DNA from: Mobula birostris
Lineage: Eukaryota
DNA: 64,000 nt
Assembly: GCF_030028105.1 (NCBI RefSeq)
Contig: NC_092380.1
Location: forward strand, 63,919,717-63,983,716
Direction: 5' to 3'
In this document: positions 1 to 13,606 of the stretch, piece after piece
How positions within the stretch are numbered: position 1 is the stretch's first letter
Layout of the letters: every line of letters starts with the position of its first letter
Notes under the pieces: generated by a model
What the model saw: the letters and a program-made list of their open reading frames with translations, nothing else
What the model was told of the DNA's origin: nothing
Databases searched by the model: none
Made by a program: the position numbers and the translations under genes

Positions 1-3000
1 ACACTTCATTTCCACCATTGTTTGCTGACAACTCGCTCCCACTTAAAGCAGGCTGAGATATCTGGAGCCACGGAGTCGTGGAGTAGTACCGTATAGCACA
101 GAAACAGGCCCTTCAACACATCTAGTCTGTGCCAAACTGTTAACCTGCCTGGTCCCATTGAGCCACACCTGGATGATAGCCCTAACCTTGAAAAAAGTCC
201 TAACCTATTCAACCTTTCCCTGTCACTCAGATCCTTAAGTCCCAGCATCGTCCTTGTAATGTTCTCCGTACTCTTTCAATCTTATTAGTAGGTAGGTGAC
301 CAGAATGGCACACAATGTACATTGTGTATTTATTGTGAAATTTGATGAACCACACACAGAATTTCAAGAGCCATTTTGATTTTACTCCCAATGCTTTTTT
401 TGGGGGGGGGGGTGCGACTTTTCCTCTGACGTTGCAGACAGGTGCATGCCTGCAGTTTCATCAGGGCTGATGGATTTTTGCTTCATTACATTATAAAATG
501 ATTTTGGTAAACAGTTGCTGTGATGTTTATTTGATTTCATCTTTCCAGGGCACCAGCTCTACTAGTACAGTTTAATGAAGATAACACAAAGTAAATTGGG
601 TCATTGTTTTTGGCAGGTCAGGTACTAACTGTGGAAAAAAGTAGAGTTCACATTAGCTATATTTCTCCTTCCACAGATGCTGCCTGGCCTACCGAGTACC
701 TCCAGCATTTTCTGTTTATAGTTCAGATTTCCAGTATCTGAAGTTCTAGATTTTTATTCTAGCTATTGTTTGCAATTGTAAATTTATCCTTCCCCAGCTT
801 CAATCTCTGTCACATTGTTCTGCAGACTAGAATGTTCAGAAGTATTACTTGCTTTCTCTATGATCTAATCTCCACTGGAGTCTTGTACTTTGTCAAGCTG
901 TTACTCTTCGCTGCTGTTTATAATATTGGTTGTTAATTCTCAGGATCACAGTCACAATCAGGATCAGAATCAGCTTCAATATCACTGGCATATGTCATGA
1001 AATTTGTTGTTCAGCGGCAGCAGTACATCGCAATGCATAATAATAAAAATTATAAATTTCAATAAATGTATGTAAAAAAGAAAATTAAATTAAATAAGTC
1101 GTGCAAAGGAAAGAGAAAAGTAGTGAGGTATTATTCATGGATTCATTGTTCAGTCAGAAATCTAATGGCGGAGGGACGAATGTTCCTTAAATTTTGAGTG
1201 TGTGTCTTTAGGCTACTGTACCTCCTCTTTGATGGTAGCAATAATAAGAGGCATGTCCTGGGTGATGGGGGTTCTTTATAGTAATAGATGCCGCCATTTT
1301 GAGACATTGTCTTTTGAAGGTGTCCTTTATGCTGGGGAGGCTAGTGCCCATGATGCCGAGAGGAGAGCCAGTGAGATTGCATCTGCTATAGATCTATAGA
1401 GGCGAGAGGCAAATTGCAGTAGGTCCAGGTCCTTGCTTAGGTGGGAGTTGATTCTAGCCATGACCAACCTCTCAAAGCATTTCATCACAGTGGGTGTGAG
1501 TGCCACTGGCCGATAGTCATTGAGGCAGCTCACCCTGCTCTTCTTGGGCACTGGTATGATTGTCGCCCTTTTGAAGCAGGTGGGAACTTCCGACTGTGGC
1601 AGTGAGAGATTGAAGATGTCCTTGAACACTCCCATCAGTGTTCAGAGCCTCATCAGGTATACCATCAGGGTCTGGCGCCATGCTAGAATTCACAACTTGG
1701 AAGATGTTCTGTCATCAGCCCCTGAACCAGTGATCACAGGGTCACCAGATGCTGCAGGGATTGGCATAGGTGTAGTTTTATACTCCCTTCAGAGTTTTGA
1801 CCAGTGGCCAATCCAGACGTCAGAAGTTTGGAGAGGAGGGGACTTCAACCAGGGGTTCACTGCCTGTGGATGAAAGACAGGAGGGGGTCACGGCAGCATA
1901 ATATGACCATTGGCCAATCGGCATTCGGGATTGATTAGTAAGAGCAAATTCCGGATTGATTAGTAAGAGCAAATTAAACTGGTTGACAGTCAGGGGCAAG
2001 TGCTGCAGTTGTCGTCTGAGTGGGCATAGTCAGAGTGGTGATCTTAAGACTTTAGCTCTTTGAGGCATCTGTGAAGAGAGGCTTCATTCAGAGAAAGCAA
2101 AGGAAAGAAAGCTCAAATTCTTTCCTCCTCTTCTTTATATCTGCTCAGCTAGGACAGGCAGGATAATGCAATGCTCCTCTTGCCGGACGTGGCAAGGTAG
2201 GGAGACCTCCAGTGTCCCTGACCACTACAACTGCGAGAAGCACACCCAGCTGCAGCTTCTAACAAACCGCATTACTGTTGGAACTGGATGAACTCTGGAT
2301 CATTTGGGAGGCTGGGACGGCGGGCGGGGGGGGTGTTGGTGGTGGTGATAGATGGACATATAGAGAGGGAGTTACACCCAAGGTGCAGGACACAGGAATC
2401 TGGGTGACAGTCAGGAAGGGAAAGGGGTTAAGGAGCCAGTGCAGAGTATCCTGTGACCTTCCCCCTCAATAACAGGTATATCACTTTGTATACTGTCAGA
2501 GGGGGTGGGGGGGGGGGATGATCTAACTGAGGAAAGTCACAGCAGTCAGGTCTCTGGCACTGAATCTACCTTTGTGACTCAGAAGAGAAGGAGGAAGAAA
2601 AGGCACGTTGTGGTGATAGGGGATTCGTTAGTTAGGGGAACAGACAGGAGGTTCTGTGGACAAGAACGAGATTCCCGGATGGTATGCTGCCTCCGTGCGC
2701 CAGGATCTGGGATATCTCGGACTGACTCCTCAGCATTCTTAAGTGGGAGGGTGAACAGCCAGAAGTCAGGGTCCATGTAGGTACCAATGACATGGGTAGG
2801 ACGAGTGACAAGGTTCTGCACAGGGAGTTCAGGGAGTTAGGTGCTAAGTTAAAGGGCAGGGCTTCCAGGGTTGTGATCTCAGGATTGCTATCCGTGCCGT
2901 GTGCAGGTGAGGCTAGCACTAGTAAGATTACATGCGTGGCTAAGGAGTTGGAGTAGGAGGGAAGACAAAAGATTTTTGGATCATTGGGCTCTCTTCCAGG

Positions 3001-5515
3001 GAAAGTTGGACCTATACAGAAGGGACAGTTTGCAACTGAACTGGAAGGATATCCCAGAGGGAAGGTTTGTCAATGCTGCATGGTGGGGTTTAAACTAGAG
3101 TTGCAGGGGATGGGAACCAGAGTGCCAGAACAGTTAGTGGAGAGGTTGTGGCGGCAGATGTTGGTAAGGCCTCGGACAAAGTTAGGAATCAAAGCATTGA
3201 GCACGTTGTGACAAAATCATAAGGGGGAATACAGGTCTGAAGGTAATGTATCTGAATGTGTGCAGTGTACGGAATAAGGTAGATGAACTTGCAGCACAGT
3301 TGCAGATTGGCAGGTATGATGTTGTATCACTGAATCATAGTGGAAAGATTATAGCTGGGAGCTTGAAGTCCAAGGGTAAATATTGTTGTAAAGGGTAGGC
3401 AGGAAGATGCGGGGGGGGGGGGGGGGTTGTTGCTCTATTAGTAAGAAAGGAAATCAAATCATTAGAAACAGGTGACATGGGGTCCAAAGGTGTTGAATTA
3501 TTGTGGATAAAGAACAAGGGTAAAAAGACCCTGATGGGAGTTGTTTACAGACCTCCAAACAGTCATAAGGATGTGGCCTGCAAATTACAATGGGAGTTAG
3601 AAAATGCCACAATGTTACAATAGTCATGGTGGACTTCAATATGCAGGTAGACTGGGAAAATCAGGTTGGTGATGGATTACAGGAGGGGAGACTCTTAGAG
3701 TGCCTACAATATTTTTAGAACAGTTCGTGGTTGAGCCCACTAGAGGATCAGCTATTCTGGATTGGGTGTTAGGAAATGAACCAGAATTGATTAGAGAGCT
3801 TAAGGTAAAAGAACCCTTAGGGGAAAGTGATCATAATATGATTGAATTTTCCCTGAAATTTAAAACAAAGAAGTTAAGGTCAGATGTGTCAGTATTATAG
3901 TGGAGCAAAGGGAAATACAGAGGCATGAGAGGAGTTGGCCAGAATTGACTGGGAAAAAACACTGGCAGGGATGACGGCAAAGCAGCAATGGCTGAAATAT
4001 CTGGAAGCAATTCAGAAGGCACAGGATATATACATCCTAAAGATATATATATCCCAAAAAAGTATTCTAATGGAAAGATGACACAATGGTGGCTAACAAG
4101 AGAAGTCAAAGCCAATGTTAAAGCCAAAGAGAGGGCATATAATAGAGGAAAATTTAGTGGGAAGTTAGAGGATTGGGAAGCTTTTAAAAACCAACAGAAG
4201 GCAAGTAAGGAAGTCATTAAGGAGGTAAAGATTGAATACGAAAGAGGATACCAGAAGTTACTTCAGATACATAAAGTACAAAAGAGAGGCAGAGTGGATA
4301 TCAGACTGTGGGAAAATGATGCTGGAGAGGTAGTAATGGGGGACAATGAAATGGCAGATGAACTGAATAAATATTTTGCAACAGTCTTCACTGTAAAAGA
4401 CACTAGCAGCATGGTGGAAGTTCCAGGTGTCGGGGGCATGAAGTGTATGGAGATACCATAACTGGAGTAAAGGTTTTTGAAAAACAGATGGGTTTGAAGG
4501 GATATAAGTCACCTGGACCAGATGATGTACACCCCAGTGTTCTGAAAGAGGTGGCAGAAGAGACTGTAGAAGCATTAGTAGTGATCTTTCAACAGTCACT
4601 AGATTCTGGAATGGGTCCTGAAGACTGGAAAATTGCAAATGTCACTTCACTCTTCAAAAAAGGACAGAGGCAGAAGGATGGAAACTATAGGCCAGTTAGT
4701 CTGACCTCAGTGGTTAGGAAGGTGTTGGAGTCGATTATTAAGGATGTGGTTTCAGGGTACTTTGAGGTACATGATAAAATAGGTCATGATCAGCATGGTT
4801 TCCTCAAAAAACTTGCCTGACAAATCTTTTGGAATGCTTTGAAGAAATAAAAAGTAGGATAGACAAAGAAGAATCGCTTGATGTTGTGTACTTGGATCTT
4901 CAGAAGGCCTTTGACAAAGTGCCACTCATGAGGCTGTTTAGCAAGCTATGAGACCATGGTATTACAGGAAAGATTCTAGCATGGATAAAGCAGTGACTAA
5001 TTGGCAGGAGGCCAAGAGTGGGAATTAAGGAAGCATTTTCTGGTTAGCTGCCAGTGAGTAGTGGTGTTCCACAGGGGTCTGTGTTGGGAATAATTATTTT
5101 TATGTTACATATCAATGATTTGTATGATGGAATTGATTATTTTGTTGCAAAGTTTGCAGAAGACATGAAGATAAGTGGAGGGGCAGGTAGATTTTAGGAA
5201 GTAGAGAGGCTACAGAAGGAATTAGACAGATTAGGAGAATGGGCAAAGTGATGGCAGATGGAATACAGTGTTGGGAAGTGCATGGTCATGCACTTTGGTA
5301 GAAAAATGAAAGATGTTGACAATTTCCTAAACGGAGAGAAAATACAAAACACTGACGTGTAAAGGGACTTGGGAGTCTGTATGCAGGACTAATTTGTAGG
5401 CTGAGTCTGTGGTGAGGAAGGCAGATGCAATGTTAGCATTCATTTCAAGAGGACTAGAATATAAAGGCAAAGATGTAATTTTGAGAGCTTATAAACCACT
5501 GGTGAGGCCTCACTT

Positions 5516-7001
5516 TGTCACAATGGCGCGGGGCATAGGGAGCAAGGGTGGACCCAAATGCAAGACACATCTTGTGAGGTTAATTAAATTTAGTTTATTG
5601 TTTGATATCAGGAGAGCTAGGCAGGAGCAGGAGTAGTGAACTGGACAAAGACTGAGGACTACGACTAGGCTGGGACCAAGGGTCTGGGCTAGGACTTGGA
5701 ATCAGCTCCCAGAACTAGAGAAGACATGAAGAGGCTCGGGTATGGACTCCGAGCCTGAGACTGGGCAAGGACCCAGTACCTGGGTCTTGCCTCGGGCTCG
5801 GACCCCAGAACCAGGCATGGACATGGCATGGGCTAGGGAGAGGAGGAACATGGGAACACAAAGCCTCGGTCTCGGGGAGCAGGTACATGGAACCATGGAC
5901 ACATACACAGAACACAGAGTCGGGACCCCTCCTTGGGTACAGGACATAGGGCTGGGACTCATGATTCTCCGCGGGGCAACGGCAAGACGGCCTGACTTTC
6001 CCCACGGAGGCGAGGACAGGACAAGACATGACTCCCCGTGGGGCAACGGCAAGACGGCCAGACTTACCCCCACGGAGGCGAGGACCAGACAAGACAAAAC
6101 ATGACCTCCCACGGAGCAACTGCAAGACGGCCTGACTTACCCCATGGAGGCGAGGACAAGACAAGACAAGACCAACACGAATGAACACCAGACAGTATCT
6201 ATCTAGCTCCGGCGATGGAACTAGACCGAAGTGCAGACAAGGGCTGCAGACGAGGGCTAAAGGTGAGAGGGGCAGAGAAGGGATTCAGACAAGGGGGTAG
6301 GACAGGAATCACAGGCCGCCAGGGCCAAGACTTGACTCAAAACTGGGAAGCCGCCAGGGCCAAGACTTGACTTAGTGCTTGAATGTCGCCAGGGCCAGGA
6401 CTTGACTTGGTGCTAGAATGCTGCCAGGACCAGGACTTGACTTGGTGCTTGAATGCCACCAGGGCCAGGAGTTGACTTGGAGCTTGAATGCTGCTAGGAA
6501 AAGGACTTGACTTGGTGCTTGAACGCCGCCAGGGACAGGACTTGACTTGGTGCTTGAATGCCGCCAGGGACAGGACTTGACTTGGAGCCTCTGGGTAGTG
6601 GCGAGCTCTCGACTCGGCCCAGGAACAGTAGACAGTGGTTCTTGATTCCCTCCGGCAGGTTAACTGTCGGACCCACCTCGGTGAGGAAACTTTGCAGGCT
6701 CGCTTGGGCGAGGTAACTGGACAGGGTTGCTCCAGTGAGGAAGGGCGAATTACCGGCCCTCGCTTCGGCAGAGACTAGGCTTGCTCTGGCCAGATGACAT
6801 CGGCACACTGTACCTTAGATGACTTTGCAGACGCTCCCGTGCCAAACGGCTGAAAGCTGGAGACTATAAACTACTGGTTCAGCCGAGTGTTAATTGCCTC
6901 TAATCACCAAAGTCGAGGGACACGGGAAAACAGGGAATCAATAGTCTGGATTGTAACATAAACAAGGTAAACTTAAAGGGACCCCGATCTGGACCATGAC
7001 A
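5516..7001 (-). mobile_element. Solo LTR (Gypsy-like) with internal minisatellites, inserted in CR1
   Basis: TGTCA...TGACA termini. 5-bp TSD CACTT (5511-5515 / 7002-7006), and removal restores the CR1 sequence. AATAAA and TGTGTCTTGCATTTGGGTCC near the minus-strand 3' end. Confidence 0.85.
6315..6588. repeat. 35-bp minisatellite, ~8 copies
   Basis: Unit GCCGCCAGGGCCAGGACTTGACTTGGTGCTTGAAT repeated head to tail without spacers. A second array of ~3 x 65-75 bp units lies at ~5973-6170. Confidence 0.9.
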
Positions 7002-7827
7002 CACTTGGAGTATTGTAAGCAGATTTGGTCCCCTTATCTTAGAAAGGATGTGCTGAAACTGGAAAGGGATCAATGGAGATTTATGAAAACAATTCCATGA
7101 TTGAATGGTTTGTCATATGAAGAGTGTTTGGTAGCTCTAGGCCTGTATTCATTAGAATTCAGAAGAATGAGGCATTACCTAATTGAAAGCTATCGAATGG
7201 CAAAAGGTCTTGATAGACTGGATGTGGAGAGGATATTTCCTATGGTGGGAGAATCTAAGACCAGTGGACACAACTTCAGAATAGAGGGGCATCCTTTTAG
7301 AATGGAGATGAGGAGGAATTTCTTTAGCCAGAGTGTGATGAGTCTGTGGAATTCTTTGCCACAGGCCACTGTGGAGGCCAAGTCCTTATGTATAGTTAAG
7401 GCAGAGGTTGATAGATTCTTGATTGGTCAGTGCACGAAGGGATACAGGGAGAAGGCAGGAGATTGGGGCTGAGAGGAAACATGGATCAGCCATGATGAAA
7501 TGGTAGAGCAGATACGATGGCCAAATGGCATAATTCTGCTCCTCTATCTTATGGTTTTATGGTCTTTAAAAGCATGCATAAAAAGTGTTGAGCTCATCTG
7601 GGAATGAAGTATTACAACCATTCATGATGTTAGGTTTTGCTTTGTGGGAAGTAATGGCCTGCAAACCCTACCAGAGCTTATGTGCATCCGATTCCATACC
7701 TAATCTCAATCAGAATTGTTTTATTGCCCTTAAAATAGCCATCCATAGGTTGTATCTGGATTTCATGTACAGTTCTGGATCACTGGTCTTGAATACCACA
7801 GATCTAGCCCTCAGCAGACTACAAATG

Positions 7828-10800
7828 ACCAGGTCTCTGGCACTGAGTCTTGGGCTTTGGCTCAGAAGAGCAGAGAGGTGAAGAGAACTGTAGTGCAGAT
7901 AGGAGGTTCCTTAGTCAGAGGAACAGAGATGAGGTCCTGTGAGCGCCATAGTCACATTCGGATGGTATGTTACCTCTTTGGTGCTAAGATCAGGTATGTC
8001 TCGGATTGTGTACATGCCATTCTCAAGGGTAAGGATGAGCAACTAGAAGTCTTGGTGTATATTGACAACAATGACATAGGTAGACAAGGTGATGAGGTCC
8101 TGAGGGGAGGTTTTAGGGAGCTCGGTAGAAAGCAGAGAAAGGAACTCCAGTGTCGTGATCTTTGGATTGCTGCTTGTGCCACATGCCTGTGCGGATAAGA
8201 ATAGGATGATTTGGCAGGTGAATGCGTGGCTGAGGAACTGGTGCAGGGGACAGATTTTCAGATTTATGGATCATTGGGATTCCTTCTGGGGATGGTGTGA
8301 CCTGTACAAAAGGGAATGGTTACACATGAACTCGATGGGATCCAATATCTTTGCGGATAGTTTGGCTAAAGTTGCTTGGGTGGGTTTAAACTAATTTGGC
8401 AGGGAGGATGGGAAATGGAGTGATGGTACTGAAGATGAGGTAGCTGGTTTACAAACAGAGGTAATGTATAGAGACTCCTAGCGAGGAGAAGCTGATGACA
8501 GAGCACAACTGCAGTTAAGAGGATGAGTTGCAATGTAAAAGGGGGACAAAATCGAAAAAGGTGAATACAGGGCTAAAGGTGTTATATTTGGATGTACACT
8601 ATACATTATAAAGTCAATGAACTTGATAGAAAATGCATGCCAAAAGGGCAATGTTACAATAGTCATGGGAGATTTCAATATGCAGGTAGATTGGGAAAAT
8701 CAGTTTGGTGTAGGATTCCAAGAGGGAGTATTTCTAGAATGCCTACAAGATGGTTGAGCCCACTAGGAGATCAACTATTCTGGATTGGGTGTTGTGCAAT
8801 GAACTGGAATTGATTGGAGAGCTTAACGTAAAAGAACCCTTTGGGGAAGGTCATCATAATGCAATCAAATTCATCCTGAAATTTGAGGAGAAGCTAAAGT
8901 CAAATGTATCAGTATTACCGTGGAATAAATTAAATTACAGAGGCATGAGAAAGGAGTTGACCAGAATTGATTGGAAAAAAACACTGGCAGGGATGATGGC
9001 ATAACAGCAATGGCTGGAATTTCTGGAAGCAATTTGAAAGGCACAGGATATATACATTCAAAAGAGGAAGAAGTATCCTAAAGGCAAGGTGACACAATCG
9101 TGGCTAACAAGATAAGTCAAAGCCAACATAAAAGCCAAAGAGAGCACATATAACAGAGGAAAAATTAGTGGTTAGTTCAAGGATTGGGATGCTTTTTAAA
9201 TACCAACAAAAGGCAACTAAAAGGTCTTTAAGAAGGTAAAGGTGGAATACGAAAGTAAGCTAGCCAATAATATTAAAAAGGATACAAAGGGTTACTTCAT
9301 ATACATAAAGTGTAAAAGAGAGGCAAAAGTGGATATCAGACCACTGGAAAATTATGCCTGAGACAAGGAAATGGCAGATTAATTGAATAAGTATTTTGCA
9401 TCAGTCTTCACTGTGGAAGACACTAGCAGTATGGTGGAAGTTCCTGCTGTCAGGGGGCATGAAGTGTGTGAAGTTACCATTACTAGAGAGAAGGTTCTTG
9501 GGAAACTGAAAGGTCTGAAGGTAGATAAATCATCTGGACCAGATGGTGTACACTCCAAAGTTCTGAAAGAGGTGGCTGAAGAGATCACGAAGGCATTAGT
9601 GGTGATTTTTCAAGAATCACTACATTCTGAATGGTTCCGGAAGACTGGAAAATTGTAAATGTCACTCCACTATTCAGGAATGTAGAGAGGCAGGAGAAGG
9701 GAAATTATAGACCAGTTAGTCTGACCTCAGTAGTTAGGAAGCTTCTGGAGTCGATTGTCAAGTATGTTGTTTCGGGGTACTTGGAGGTCGATGATAAATT
9801 ATACCATAATCAGAATGGTTTCCTCAAGGGAAAATCTTGCCTGTCAAATCTGTTGGAATTCTTTGAAGAAATAACAGGTAGGATAGACAAAGCAGAATCG
9901 CTTGATGTTGTGTACTTGAATTTTCAGAAGACCTTTGACAAATGCTACACATGAGGCTACTTAACAAGCTACGGGCCCATGGTATTACGGGAAAGAATAA
10001 AGCAATGGCCGATTGGCAGGAGGCAAAAAGTGGGAATAAAGGAATCCATTTCTGGTTGGCTGCCGGTTCCACAAGGGTTTGCGTTGGAAATGATTCTATT
10101 TATGTTATATGTCAATGATTTGGATGATGGTATTGATGGATTTGGTGCAAAGTTTGCAGATGATACAAACATGGGTGGAGGGGCAGGTTGGTGTTGAGGA
10201 AATAGAGAGGCTGCACAAGGATATAGACAGGTTAGGAGAATAGACAAAGAAGAGGCAGATAGAATACAATGTCAGGTAGTGTATGGTCATGCACTTGGGT
10301 AGAAGAAATGAAAGGGTTAACAATTTCCTAAGTGGAGCGTAAATAGAAAAATCTCAGGGTTTGGGAATTCTTGTGCAGGTAGTCTGTGGTGAAGAAGGCA
10401 AATGCTATGTTAGCATTCATTTTAAGTTGATTGGAATATAAAAGCAAGGATGTAATGTTGAAACTTTACACTGATGAGGCCTCACTTGGAGTATTGTGAG
10501 CAGTTTTGAGCCCCTCATCTTAGAAACTGAAGAGGGTTCAAGGCAGGTTCACGAAATTGATTCAAGTATTGAACAGCTTGTCATATGAAGAGTGTTTGAT
10601 GGCACTGGCCCTATATTCCATGGAATTCAGAAGAATGAGAGGTGTTCTGATTGAAACTTATCGAATGGCAAAAGGCCTTGATAGAGTGGATGTGGAGAGG
10701 ATGGTGGGAGAGTCTAAGACCAGAGGACACAGCCTCAGAATAAAGGGGCGTTCTTTTAGAATGGAGATGAGGAAGAATTCCTTTAGCCAGAGTGTGGTGA

Positions 10801-11001
10801 GTCTGTGGAATTCTTTGCCACAGGCAGCTGTGGAGGCCAAGTCTTTATCTACACTTAAGGCTGGGGTTGATAGATTCTTGACTGGAGGAGAAGATAGGAG
10901 ATTGGGGCTGAGAGGAAAACTGATCAGCCATGATGGGATGATGCAGCAGACACAATGGGCCAAATGACCTGATTCTGCCCCTGTATCTTATGGTCTTATG
11001 G
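7828..11001 (+). mobile_element. 5'-truncated CR1 LINE, same family as 1792-7566
   Basis: Starts in the ORF1 esterase region. ORF2 motifs KSSGPDGVH, NYRPVSLTSVV, GKSCLSNLLEFFEE, AKFADDT. Ends in TCTTATGGTCTTATGG. Rex1 sequence continues on both sides. Confidence 0.9.
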
Positions 11002-11354
11002 AGTCTCCTGGTTCATCCATGGCTTTTGGTTTGGGTATGTGCAGTATGTTCTGGAAGATACACACTCATCCACACAGGACTTGGTAAAGTCGGTAACAAC
11101 TGTGGCATATCCATTCAGATTAGAATATGAAACCCTGAACATTGTTCAATCTGCCAACTCAAAACAATCCGGTAAGTTCCATTGACCATACCTTCCTGGT
11201 TCTTACCACTGACACTATGGTCTTCAGTCTCTGCCTGTACAATGGGAGTACAAGTACAGCCAGATGTTCGGACATTTCGAACTGTGGGCCTGGCATGACA
11301 TAGAAAGTGTCGTTGATAGCGGTATAACGGTGGTCAAGTGTATTGGTTCCACTG

Positions 11355-11698
11355 CAATGTTCCCTCCAATTTGTAATGACCAGTGTGCACAAAACCTTGT
11401 GCTGTGCAATATTTTGCCCAATGACAGCAACATGTGCACACTGAATAATTTCTTCAATAAAAAAATTATAAACGAGCCTGTTATAAAACCTACAGACAAA
11501 TTAACACAAGCTCCATGTTGTCAACACTGTTCACATCAGAAACTGGAAAAGGAAATGTGATTGTGTATGATCATGAAATATACTTACCATACCAATTGGG
11601 TAGAGGGTGATGACTTTTTGAGCTTAGTTTAAATACCCTTGTGCGCTGGTAGCAAAAGATGTGTGCACGCAGATGCGCAGACGTTAGAGGGGCTACTG
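11355..11698. mobile_element. Non-autonomous hAT-like element (MITE)
   Basis: Imperfect TIRs CAATGTTCCCTCCAAT / GTTAGAGGGGCTACTG. Degenerate 8-bp TSD TTCCACTG / TTCCTTTG. Interrupts the Rex1 endonuclease frame. Confidence 0.65.
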
Positions 11699-12118
11699 TT
11701 CCTTTGGTTCCACAGTTGATATGTTGGTGGTAGTTGTTCAGAGATTTCTTCAAACTGGACTGGTTGAAATCTCTCACCATGATAGGGATGGCATCGTTTG
11801 TGCTGTTTTGTGCCTGCAGATTATGTTGCTAAACTCCTCCAGTGCCTGCCTGACATTGGCCTGAGGTGGAATGTACACCACTACCAGGATGATGGTGGAA
11901 AACTCCCTCACCATGTCGATAAGCAGGATTGAGAGAGAACTGCCAAGTTTGTGCACCATGATGAGTTAATCATAAAGATACTCCACATCCTTTGCCTTGA
12001 AACGGTTTGGCTGTCCTGTCTTTGCAGAGAATCATGAATCCATTGAGCTGCAGTGCTGCAGGGCATAGCCATGTTTCCCTGAAGCAAAGTACACATCAGT
12101 ACCTGATATCCCTCTGGT

Positions 12119-13606
12119 TGTCACGGTCCAGTCCGTGAAGTCCGTATTCCGGTTCACGGTCTGGTCCATAGACCCTTGCTCCAGGTTTTCCTATCTACCC
12201 TGTTTCTGTTCTTGTTGAGCAAATTGAAGCAGCTGATGCTCGTTGGGGCTGGCTGCATAAATACCTTCAGAGACCCAGATGTGGCTGCTGGATTGTTCTT
12301 GTCCTTACTCTTTGTATCCCTTCCCCTGCCTTCTGTTTCCTTGCCTGAAGCCCTGCCTTGTCTTGCCGGTAACTCTCGCCTCACCTGAAGTTCTCATCTC
12401 GTCTTGCTTTGCTAGAAGCCTTGCCTTGTCTTGCTGGTAACTCTCACCTCGTCTCGCCTGCAGTCTTGCCCTGGAGCCTAGCTCCCTTCCTGTCCCTTGC
12501 CTCCATCGGGTAAGCCAGGCCGTCTCGCCTTTACCTGCAGTTGGTTCTGGCCCTTCCTGTTCCATGCCTCCATCGGGTGGTGATCCACACCCTGCCCAGG
12601 TGAACCGCACACCGCCCCGGAGGAGCCTGCCTAGCCTCAAGCCTGAAGACTCCATTCTCCTGCCTAGCCTCAAGCCTGAAGACTGCAGCCTCCTGCCTAG
12701 CCTCAAGCCTGAAGACTGAAGCCTCCTGCCTAGCCTCAAGCCTGAAGACTCCAGCCTCCAGCCTCGCCTTGAGTCTCCAGCCTCACCTCGAGTCTCCTGC
12801 CTCCAGCCTCCAGCCTTGCCTTGCCTCAAGTCTCCCGTCTCCTGCCAAGCCTCACCTCAACTCTCCTGCCTCCTTTCAAGCCTTGCCTCAAGTCTCTAGC
12901 CTCCTGCCTCGCCTCGCCTCGTCTCCAGCCTCCTGCCTCACTTCGCCTCAAGTCTCCAGCCTCCTGCCTCACCTCACCTCATCTCCTGCCTCCTGCCTCA
13001 CCTCACCTCAAGTCTCCTGCCTCCTGCTAGGCCAAGTCTCTAGCCTCCTGCCTCAAGCCTGAAGACTCCAGCCTCCTGCCGAGCCTCGCCTCAAGTCTCT
13101 AGCCTCTAGCCTCAAGCCTGAAGACTCCAGCCTCCTGCCTCCTGCCAAGCCTTGCCTCTAGCCTCAAGCCTGAAGACCCCAGCCTCCTGCCCCCTGCCAA
13201 GCCTTGCCTCTAGCCACTAGCCTGAAGACTCCAGCCTCCTGCATTCTGCCAAGCCTCGCCTCTAGCCTCAAGCCTCGAGCCTGAAAACTCTAGCCTTCTG
13301 CCTCCTGTCAAGCCTCGCCTCTAGCTTCAAGCCTGAAGACTCCAGCCTCGTCCTGCCTGCCTGCCAAGCCTCGTCCTTGCCTAGTTCTGGGGTCCGAGCC
13401 AGAGGCAAGACCCAGGTACTGGGTCCTTGTCCAGTCTCTGGCTTGGAGTCCAAGCCCAGGCTCCTAGCTCTCTTGTTCAGTCTTGTTCCAGGTACCTGGT
13501 TTTCCTGTCCATGTCCTTGCCATCGTCCTCTATCCTAGTCCTGTCCCTAGTACTTCAGTGTCTGTGTCTTGCACTTGGGTCCGTTCCCAGCCACCGCCTT
13601 ATGACA
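12119..13606 (+). mobile_element. Solo LTR (Gypsy-like) with 33-bp minisatellite, related to 5516-7001
   Basis: TGTCA...TGACA termini. 5-bp TSD CTGGT (12114-12118 / 13607-13611). TATA-like CATAAATA at ~12256. 3' motif TGTGTCTTGCACTTGGGTCC. Shares an ~85-bp block (13375-13455) with 5741-5822. Confidence 0.85.
12622..13385. repeat. 33-bp minisatellite and degenerate derivatives
   Basis: Unit GCCTCCTGCCTAGCCTCAAGCCTGAAGACTCCA, with a degenerate (GCCTC)n-rich middle section. Confidence 0.85.

Larger units (their letters stand above)
1792..7566 (+). mobile_element. Near full-length CR1 LINE (ORF1 zinc finger + SGNH esterase; ORF2 APE endonuclease/RT), pseudogenised
   Basis: ORF1 remnants MQCSSC...YNCEK and VVIGDSLVRGTDRRFCG. 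ORF2 remnants PTRGSAILDWVL...LGESDHNMIEF, KSPGPDDVHP, NYRPVSLTSVV, FFSQ...LWNSLP. 3' tail (TCTTATGG)n at ~7547-7565. Interrupted by the solo LTR at 5516-7001. Confidence 0.9.

Noticed and set aside
6315-6588. 35-bp repeats resembling a CRISPR array
   Set aside because: The units are contiguous with no unique spacers, there are no cas genes, and the array sits inside a vertebrate solo LTR.
12305-13062. Repetitive ORFs (174, 97 and 69 aa)
   Set aside because: Translations of the LTR minisatellite, with no protein homology that I recognise.
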